The notes under the pieces are model-generated. The model saw only the letters and a list, made by a program, of their open reading frames with translations. It had not been told where the DNA came from and did not search any database. A program made the translations under genes and the position numbers. From contig NC_092661.1 in assembly GCF_032118995.1 (NCBI RefSeq), forward strand, positions 18,173,185-18,237,184: DNA of 64,000 bases. The letters run 5' to 3'. This DNA is from Asterias amurensis. Lineage: Eukaryota. How positions within the stretch are numbered: position 1 is the stretch's first letter; every line of letters starts with the position of its first letter. Shown piece by piece: positions 56,001-64,000 of the stretch.

Positions 56001-58758
56001 ATGAAGTTTATGGACTATCTGGAATGTTAACAACTATTTTGATTTAACTTTTTTAAGACCGAAAAAAAAAAAAAACTTTTAAAAGAATTCAAAGATCGGA
56101 AGAGTAAAAAAAAAAAAATCTTCTTTAGAATTGCCATAATCAAATTTGCATTGATTGGTATTCCATGCTAATATTAATAATTAAACAAGAATAATTTCCA
56201 TTTATTAATGGTTACAGCCAGTGAGAGTAAAAGGCAGGACGAGGGGCCATACCAGGTTTGAGGATCTCCCCACAGGCCTGGCATTTGTTGGCCAGATGTT
56301 TCTCATAGCAGCTAGAGCAGCACATCTTGCTGTCCCAGTTACCGAAAGCTTTATCGGCCAGGGATTCCTTGCAGAAATGGCACGTGTAACGAGCCTCAAA
56401 GCAGGTTTCATGGTAATGCTGATTCTTGAAGGAAAGATCCTATCAAACAGAAAGAAAGAAACAAATTTCATCAATATGGAAAGGTTTGCGGTAACACCAT
56501 GTTATGACTATGACTATGAGTTGGGGTGGTTCTGAAACGAACCGTTGGTTTAACTCAACGTTTCAATCAGTAATTTCATCAACATCAAGATAATGTAAGT
56601 GTTCCATTCGACATTTATTTTACAAAGGTAATGCTATGATATCTTGTAGTTTTGTTGACGGCCCAAAAATATGTGTGTATATAGCTGACATTACCTGTAA
56701 CTTATTCAGATAAGAAATCATTTATTACACTTTTGTTGACGCAAATAAATAGTAAGTGGCCTGACGTTTTGACTTTAGCAGAGTCTTTCTCCAAGGCTAA
56801 ATGACAACACAACAAACATGAACAGGTAACTAAGTATGTACATTTTATTTGTTTTTTTTTGTGTCCTTCTTTTTACAATTTCACAAGCAAAAACACCTTA
56901 AGTTCCCTGATCAGCCAGTTGAAGTATTACTATACAGAGCTCTTACATTTTGACCACTTTTTTGTTTCAATCAAAGTTGAAGGAACACGTTGCCTTGGAT
57001 CGGTCGAGTTGGTCTTTGAAAAGTGTTTGTAACCGTTTTTTTTTATAAAATGCATATGGTTATAAAGATGCTTTAAAAGTAGAATACAATGATCCACACA
57101 CATTTGCCTCGAAATTGCGTGGTTTTCCTTTTACTTTGCGAACTAACACGGTCGTAACTAACACGGTCGGCCATTTATGGGAGTCAAAATTTTGACTCCC
57201 ATAAATGGCCGACTGTGTTTGTCGACGAGGTAAAAGGAAAACCACGCAATTCGAGTGATACTTGGATCATTATATTCTACTTTTAAAATATCTTTCTAAT
57301 CATATGCATTTATTAACAAACGGTTGCAAATGCTTTTCAAAGACCAGCTCGACCGATCCAAGGCAACCTTTTCCTTTAATGTACTCTGCCGCTGTGTACC
57401 ATTAAGCTCATCAGGAAATCTATAACTATAACTCACAATCACATCATCTGATTTGTCTTGGGGGATGGAAGCTTAAAATAGAGTTTGTTGGGTCGCTTTT
57501 ACAGTTTTTAGTATAGTTACTACTGATTTCCCATGGTATATCCACTGTCAAGGAAGGCAGTACTGTAGACTACATGTTCTTTTATTTAATATGAACAATA
57601 ACCGTCTGTGCGCCTTAGGGATAGAATTATGGATTGGTGACGTAAGCATCGATGAAAGAGACAAGTTTGAACTGCACTCCGTGGACCTGGCACGCTTTCC
57701 ATTGAATAATGGGATTTTTGGTTTTGTTTTACAAATGTAATTACTTCCTCAGTAACCAATACAATTAGAACTTTGACCATGGGGGGATTTTCTTCTTTTA
57801 TTTTTTGGAGGGAGATTAAAATTCAGTTGCACAAGTGGTGCTTTTTTACTCCAAATCAAACTAAAAGTATTTCCTTGTTTCATACTAAAACTTTAATGAG
57901 CTCTCATATTTGTTATCAGTCGCAGAAGGTTAGTTCTAAACCTATAGAATTGTTTTTAACTTTGACTCCATGTCAAGGTGAGTTAAAATATTTCTTTCAC
58001 ATATTCCAAAATATTTCTGTATCATTGTGAACCCTCTGCAGCTATGATTCTTGGGGGAAAATAAATGCCGATTGTCATTGAATGCAAGAAAAATAACATT
58101 TAGTTTACTACATCTTGGTGTATACACACTTTCACTCATTCTCATTGTTCCTTTTATATTTTAAATAAACCTACATCAATAAACTATCAAGTGATATCCA
58201 GAAACACTATTTAAGGTTGTCAAAATTGTCATGTATAATTTCAAAAGTTTGAAACTTTTCTATGTTTTCTCTGTATGAGTTCCATAGAGTTATATATAAA
58301 AACTAGAGGGCGCATGAGTGATGCTTCGTGCACAAACGCCACAGGACCGCAAGATGACAAGCGCGTCATTCTGCACGCGCAATGAATAAGAAATACACAT
58401 TTGAGTTTTTTTTATTGAACGCTCAAGCGATGCTGTTTGTTCAACTTACAAAATGGCCACACAAACACAGCTGTGAGATAGCTGTTTTGTCAACTTAGAA
58501 AATGGCCGCCTGCTTGCATACTGGGGCGCGTATTACAGGCCAGTGCGCACTCTAGTTCTTATATATAACTCTATGATGAGTTCTCACCTTAGAATCATGT
58601 CCAATCTTCTGATTGCATTCGGCACAAGTGTTGGCAAACAGGTCATTGTAGCATGGGATACAGTGAGGGTTATTCTCCCTTAGGATGTAACTCATTCCAC
58701 TCAGTGACTTGTCACAGTGGAAGCAGCAGAAGTGCCCGGGATGGAAAGACCCGTCCAT
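49880..58758 (-). CDS. Gene span of a four-and-a-half LIM domains protein (FHL family). It has 5 coding exons and encodes 287 aa.
   Basis: The spliced translation has an N-terminal half LIM domain plus four full LIM domains: CCFHCDKSL...CIPCYNDLFANTCAECNQKIGHDSK, YHETCFEARYTCHFCKESL...CSSCYEKHLANKCQACGE, WHDKCFRCKVCEKQIGTGSFVPKESSVYCTKCYEDTFGIKCTGCGE, WHRDCFCCSGCSKSLWNQRFTLRDEKRYCADCYGEKFARRCSACQKPI and WHNSCFQCQKCQVSLVNECFVMDGQDIVCPNCAQG. This collinear arrangement matches vertebrate FHL1/2/3. All junctions are AG/GT and the phases are consistent. Confidence 0.85.
51276..51652 (-). mobile_element. MITE family A copy
   Basis: It runs from GTTAAAGACACTGGACACTATTGGTAATTG to GTAATTACCAAAGGTGTACCTTCCCTTTAA. 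Confidence 0.75.
52696..52728. repeat. (GAAT)n microsatellite
   Basis: cgatgaatgaatgaatgaatgaatgaactg. Confidence 0.9.
53340..53720. mobile_element. Palindromic MITE family F (TIR GGATTTGAGGCATTGCATGGTGAGGTATCAATATATATTTGGTTTGCGGTAACACCATGTGTGTATCTACTTGCCAGGTAGAGTTTGTTC)
   Basis: The terminal inverted repeats are about 90 bp long and flank a central segment. This copy is complete. Confidence 0.75.
54321..54507 (-). CDS. FHL exon 4
   Basis: The acceptor is ccactttctctcag. The translation is IISSGGLSYQKKPWHRDCFCCSGCSKSLWNQRFTLRDEKRYCADCYGEKFARRCSACQKPIV. The donor is GTTG|gtaagt. Confidence 0.8.
54856..55100. mobile_element. MITE family C copy, in FHL intron 3
   Basis: It runs from CTCAATTTCATATAGAGCTGCTTAGCAC to GTTCTTAGCAGCTCTATGAAATTGGGCCC. 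Confidence 0.75.
55276..55445 (-). CDS. FHL exon 3
   Basis: The acceptor is atttttctgaaccag. The translation is GVTRLGFQGKEWHDKCFRCKVCEKQIGTGSFVPKESSVYCTKCYEDTFGIKCTGCGE. The donor is GGAGAG|gtagga. Confidence 0.8.
55594..55972 (-). mobile_element. MITE family A copy, in FHL intron 2
   Basis: It runs from GTTAAAGACAATGGACACTATTGGTAATTG to GTAATTACCAATAGTGTCAACTGCCTTTAA. Confidence 0.75.
56253..56439 (-). CDS. FHL exon 2
   Basis: The acceptor is tttctgtttgatag. The translation is DLSFKNQHYHETCFEARYTCHFCKESLADKAFGNWDSKMCCSSCYEKHLANKCQACGEILKP. The donor is CCTG|gtatgg. Confidence 0.8.
56976..57379. mobile_element. Palindromic MITE family E copy, in FHL intron 1. Its centre is a near-perfect hairpin GGCCATTTATGGGAGTCAAAATTTTGACTCCCATAAATGGCC.
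   Basis: It runs from AAAGTTGAAGGAACACGTTGCCTTGGATCGGTCGAG to CTCGACCGATCCAAGGCAACCTTTTCCTTTAA. Confidence 0.75.
58283..58575. mobile_element. MITE (TIR GAGTTATATATAARAACTAGAGKGCGCA) in FHL intron 1, starting about 12 bp after the exon 1 donor
   Basis: GAGTTATATATAAAAACTAGAGGGCGCATGAGTG at 58283-58316 pairs in reverse complement with CAGTGCGCACTCTAGTTCTTATATATAACTC at 58541-58571. Confidence 0.6.
58588..58758 (-). CDS. FHL exon 1 (coding part). The exon begins at an acceptor about 30 nt upstream of the ATG, so at least one noncoding exon lies upstream.
   Basis: The ATG at 58758-58756 sits in the strong context CGCGCCATGG. The translation is MDGSFHPGHFCCFHCDKSLSGMSYILRENNPHCIPCYNDLFANTCAECNQKIGHDSK. 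The donor is CTAAG|gtgaga. The upstream acceptor is catcctacag, near 58789. Confidence 0.8.
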
Positions 58759-61700
58759 GGCGCGAACGTACTCTTGAGAAAAGATCAGCTGTAGGATGAA
58801 CAGAAAGTGACTGATAAATTATCCAAGTATTTAAATTCAATAGATGTTAAATTTGCATTCGAACCCTCAACTTTTGCAATTATAAAATTGGTCAGACACT
58901 ACTCTAGAGTTGCAAAGGTCTTGGGTTTGAATCCCACCCGAGTAATATGACTGTGATTTTTTTTCCACAGAAATCGGGAAAGTATACAGTGCCAACACAC
59001 ATCGGTGTAAGGATAAAACAAAAAATTAATATTTAGACGCAGCATTAAGGTGCAGGAAAAGAATGGTCTCATAAAACTCCCAGGTTATGAGTTTTGAGTT
59101 GAAACAATGTTCTTCGATATGAAGAGCCAAGTCACACTAAGAAACCAACATCAGGAAATAGTTATAAAGCCCTTCAATAAACCCTGTACCTGCCAAGGTT
59201 CAAGTTCCCAGTAGTACATGACTTTAGGGAGCTTCCCTTAAGAAATACCATTAAAGGGCAGAAAGGACATCCTTACTGAATGAAATTGAAAATTTGTGAT
59301 CTTTTACCCATATTTTCTGTTATATTTAACTATATTTTACCATAAACATTTTATCAAATGAATTAAAACATAAGATGAGGTAAATTTTATGTCAGCAGAG
59401 TCGCAACATTTAAATGGAGTAGAATCTTTATTAGCAGCCTGGTTTCTGCAAGTTAATCTTGATTCCTTTAAAAGTTTGGATAAAAGGGTTTTCTTACCAA
59501 CATCCAAAGACTAATCTTTGCCCTTTGATAGTAATATAAAAGTCACATAGTAAAAACTTGATATATCTTGATGCACCCCTTTATAGAATGTGGGACCAGG
59601 TGCTGTGACTTATCTCAAATTATCCCTGGTGTTAGAAGTATTAAGAGTTATAACACATGAACTGGATGGCTCAAGGTTCTCACATTGACAAGGTGAGGCG
59701 GCTTCTCAAAATGTTAATGCATAATTTGTTTAAGCAATATGTGGTTTACTGTAACAAAATCTTGACAAGATGGCAGCTTTTAATTTATGGACGGTTTTAA
59801 ATATTTAAAACTGGTGGAACAGAGTAGATTTTTTGTTCTTAGTTGAAGAGTGTCAAGACCACAAACTTGGGGGTTTGAATTAAAGGTGTTTGGATAATTT
59901 GGGGATGCAGTTAAAATGTTTGTATACATACTCCAAAAAATATAGCCCATCATCGACAATTACAACAGTTCTTTTAAAAATATCATTTCAAATGTTGGCC
60001 ATACAAAAACCAGAAAAAACCATGGTTCTTCCAACTAAAAAGGTCAGAACATCAACAGAATTTTCCAGCATCAATGTTCCTTGCAAACATCAGTCTTTTA
60101 AAATAATTTTTTAATTGAACAAGGTATTTTTGAACAGCTATTCCTACCCTCATTTTTCATGACTTTAGGTGATGCAGTAATGCAGTTTTTACAATATACA
60201 TATGTTTGGTATTTGTCTCAATTCCCTTGTGAGCCAAGCTTCACATCTGGCACTCACACTTTTCAGTCAATGAACATGGCTGGTTGTGGGCCAGCGAAAA
60301 GTTAAGCCAAAGGGGGAAAATGTCCCTGTACATGGTGTTGCCGCCAGCTCAGTGTGATGCTGGAGCAGACATTTAAAGGGATGGTACAACATCAGCAATC
60401 AAATACATTGTTTAAAAGTTTATATATGTTTCTTGGTTGGAATGAATTTTTACTTAAAAAAAAAAATACATAATGTACCTTTAATTGGATTTTAACCTAC
60501 AAGGTGAGTTTAAGGTTAAATTTAGAACACAAATAGCACACACAATTTGCATGGATAAATCAAACCAATGGGCTATGTTCAGGGTTTCGGGCAAACAACA
60601 GCCCAGCAAATCCAATGATTCACAGTTGGTAAGCACTGTCCATGTGAACAAACTTGTACATGTATAGACATTACGATTGTCGTATATACGACTGGGATCC
60701 CAGCCAAGTTTCGATTCTCAAGTACAAAAATAAACAACCATGTTAGTATATAAGTTGAAACCAGTTGAAATATGTTTTCCCATTCATGGTGATCTTTTTT
60801 TGTTTTTATAAAGTGCTCATTTTGTGTAGATACTTGGAAATAAAAACTTGAAGCTTGCGGCAGATAACAAACAAGATAAAGCAGATATTCATTAACAAAA
60901 AAGCACCTTTCACTTTTGTTTCTCATCGTTTATGCCACACTCAAGACAAGAAATTGTTCCCTGTATTTAATAAGATACAGCAATGACTTCCAATGTCTAC
61001 ACCACACCTCCAAACAGACTATCCTAAGGCAAAATTTACCCCCAAAAATGATAACTTATCCTTTGTGCTCACACCCACCCCCACTATAGACAGACCCTCA
61101 GCAGTTTATCACAATCACGTCAGAGAAATTGAAAAGGGTAAGCTTATGGGGAGATAGCCAGACCAGGGGACACCAACTACATCCCAAAGCTATCCCCTAT
61201 CCATACACACTTTGGAACCTTACATAAGATTACAATTTCTTTACTTTTCAAAAAAATATATGATTGAGACAGAAATGTAAACACACATACCTTTCAATCA
61301 GAAACAAATTGAGATGCACTAATAAAAACCTCATGACCAATCAATGTTTTGCATGGGAGTACAATGGACAGAAATAATAAATCATCAATATTTCAGTTCA
61401 GTTAATCAATAGACATACTTTGCACCAGGAATAAATAATAAGTATGTCCTTAAATAAATAAAATCCATCCATTGGTCTGTTGGTAAAAAACTCATATGCT
61501 AGAAAGTAACACCATAAACTAGATCAACAGCTGGGATCCCTTTTCAGCATCACTGATTTGGAAATTATTTCAATGTCACGATTTAACAACCCTGGAGAAA
61601 ATAGCTTAAATAGGTTCTTGTTCCATTTTTAAATACCACCATCGGCTCGAGTTTGTTTTGAAAACCTGAGTAGTTACCTCTGTGTTCAATAAGATCTAAA

Positions 61701-63502
61701 GATGTGATCATTCTATGTGTTTTTCTTCTTACAAGAAAGCAAAATTAGATTCTTGATTATACACAAATTTGTTACTTGTTTTTCAATGGCACAACACTTA
61801 ATCAATCCAAAATGTTAGTTTAAAGATAGGCCTATGTTATAAAAAAAAAAAATGGGAAAAAAAATGGAATGACATTCACTTAGGTTTTGTGAGTTACTTT
61901 TGCTCATGAGAAGGGTTATTTTTATAGCTTCACAAGATCGATTCTCTCTGTCATTTTTTATAGCTTCACAAGATCGATTCTCTCTGTCATAGACAGGAAA
62001 CAATTATTTCAACAAAAAGATTTATACATTGAAGAGAAGCAAACAATTAATCAATACAACATAAAGCTCTGCCCATAGTTTGGGTAAAACACTCAATTTG
62101 CATGTAGGTAAATGAGCCAGTGACATGAATCCCCAATGAGTGAAACCAGGTTCAACCTGTGTTATGGTTACTTTGTATTCCTACCTATGAAACAATACAA
62201 AAACCCAATCTTAACACTACTGACCTTGAGTTTCAGGTCAAGGGCTGTCTAGACAAACTGTGGTTTAAAAGTGCACTCGTGACCTTTAAGTCATTTCACT
62301 GTTTGCCTTGCACAGGAGGTATCGTTCTAACATGAAATATCCCTAATTAGGAACCACTAATACCCCCTTTCAGACTAAATCATCCCAACAGCGTACAAAT
62401 ATATACCCCAATAGGGATATCTCATATTGTGACAGTTGTGTCAACTTTTCAAAGCTGTACAAATATTTATAAATTTGTGCAGTTTCATATAAAACCTATA
62501 TTGATTAGTTTTCTAATAAATAACAATAAAAACATTCTATTTACAGATGGCATTCATTCATCCAAACAACTCAAATATTCATTTTGATATTCGGGGGAAT
62601 TTTATTTGAAACCCCAAGGACCAACTGCTACCGTTGTTTTTTTAACATATGGGTTTAATATTTCCCAAAAAGGTGAGATATCAGAAAGGTCCACACAAAG
62701 CCTAAGATGGCAATTGACTACTGCAGAATCAAATGTCATAAGATATTTTAATCAAAATATATATATTTTTTGTGCTAAATTCTTTTATCTACAATTAAAC
62801 ATTCCATACCTGAAGGACCCTAGAAGAATTTGTTTCAAACAAACTACCCACCAGTTATGGATGAAATCAGATCCATCTGTAAATCACTCAACGACCCTTT
62901 AACCACAGAACATTGCAAATTCAGGGCAACAGTATGAGTCCTAGGTTTGAAGAACACATTACATAGTTATTTACTCTACGGCATTCAGTGCGAAGTGAAA
63001 AGATATGTCTGAAATTTAAATGATGCAATTTTTTTTTTTCTTTGTGGTGTTGAAAACGAGAGCTGTTGGTGGTCTTGAAAATATCATTAAAACACATGTC
63101 GTTTTGGAAGTATTAGCTGCATACTTGAATTAAACCATTCCTAGAACTTCCTCAACTCCATGAGGAGCAACTTTTAATTAGTGCTGTGAAGGAATTAAAA
63201 CACCATCCTTTCTCAGTCTAAAGGCCCTGTCACACCATGGCGTATCGCCTGAACGTATGCCAACGTATGCGAAATATCGTTGGTGTACGCTGATATAAGT
63301 TTCGGGTAAGTTGGGGATACGTCATTCACGTTAAGAGCACGCTGGGATACGCTGTTAAAATTGTGAACACATCGAGCCCGCCGAATTGTTTTGATCATGT
63401 TCAAAATTTCTCGGCGTACTGAACGTGTGCTTCATACGTTCTGCATAAGTTCCCCGTAAGTTCAAGGTACGATAGACATACGTTGCCAACATATACTGCC
63501 CA

Positions 63503-63675
63503 GCCGTCGATTTCACCAAACTTTTCCTAACTTAGGATTAATCTTAGGACTTAGGACGGGTTCAGTTCCGTATCCAAGTACGTAGGACGAATTGAACCCA
63601 TCCTAAGTTAGGACAGGTTGCTCGTCCTAACTCGAGTTAGGATTAATCCTAGCGTTTCGTGATATCGGCCGCTGC
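63503..63675. mobile_element. MITE family G copy in the opposite orientation
   Basis: It runs from CCGTCGATTTCACCAAACTTTTCCTAACTTAGGATTAATC to GGATTAATCCTAGCGTTTCGTGATATCGGC. Confidence 0.65.
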
Positions 63676-64000
63676 ATGGTCAAGTTTCAAACATAACTTG
63701 GCCTTAAGAAATCAAGTCCATTCAACCACAAAGCAAAATTCCTTTGTGCAAAGCTGTGTGTAAAATCTACCAATGCCTTGTTTCCAGTTTGTACATCCCA
63801 TGTCACTGTCACTAGCTCATTTGGATGAATAGAAATTGTGCTTTCTTAAATATTACCCTTGACAAAATGTTTCCCAGATCTACAAACTGAGCTCATCATA
63901 CAATGGCGTTATGCTACATTCTACCATAGCTCCATAGCTCTGTCCTTACTCTATGATTCTACTACATAGCTTTGACATATTTAGGATGTCCACCATCTGT

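Noticed and set aside
56221-56535. A 104-aa plus-strand ORF (MRVKGRTRGHTRFEDLP...)
   Set aside because: It is the antisense frame of FHL exon 2. The minus-strand frame is the one that encodes the conserved LIM domain.
60579-60926. A 115-aa ORF on the minus strand
   Set aside because: It has low-complexity, AT-rich codon usage, no recognisable domain and no flanking splice signals.
1-64000. Prokaryotic-style features (operons, CRISPR arrays, RBS-led ORFs, defence islands)
   Set aside because: The sequence is plainly eukaryotic. Genes are split by GT-AG introns, SINEs, MITEs and satellites are present, and there are no long uninterrupted ORFs outside the repeats.

Overview
This window looks like nuclear DNA from an AT-rich invertebrate animal, not a prokaryote: it has GT-AG introns, short tRNA-derived repeats (SINEs), miniature inverted-repeat transposons (MITEs), satellite arrays and CpG/CCAAT promoters. 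I cannot name the species; the repeats would fit an echinoderm, hemichordate or cephalochordate, but that is a guess. Two protein-coding genes can be rebuilt, both on the minus strand and arranged tail to head. The first is a 24-exon NACHT-WD40 gene of the NWD1/NWD2 type, with a DUF4062-like N-terminus, a P-loop and C-terminal WD40 repeats. Its coding sequence spans 20932-41739 and totals 5016 nt (1671 aa), with phases consistent at every splice junction. A CpG/CRE/CCAAT promoter and a likely noncoding first exon sit at about 42370-42530. The second is a complete 5-exon gene for a four-and-a-half-LIM (FHL) protein, with coding sequence 49880-58758 and 287 aa. The rest of the window is repeat-dense. 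There are three different satellite arrays back to back (105-bp, 157-bp and 100-bp units at 6.8-12.0 kb). At least six MITE or foldback families occur in several copies each, one of them eight times. A tRNA-derived SINE family is present, along with a 3x tandem segmental repeat of about 700-800 bp, microsatellites and many G10-G17 homopolymer tracts. Many of the six-frame ORFs in the supplied track are artefacts: satellite translations, frames inside MITEs, or an exon fused to open intronic frame. A second promoter-like cluster (CCAAT x3, CRE, TATAA) followed by a minimal ATG-GTAAGT first exon lies at 990-1312 on the plus strand and may start an unidentified gene. I saw no CRISPR array, operon or rRNA, and no convincing true tRNA gene. 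All coordinates were derived by hand and may be off by a few nt.
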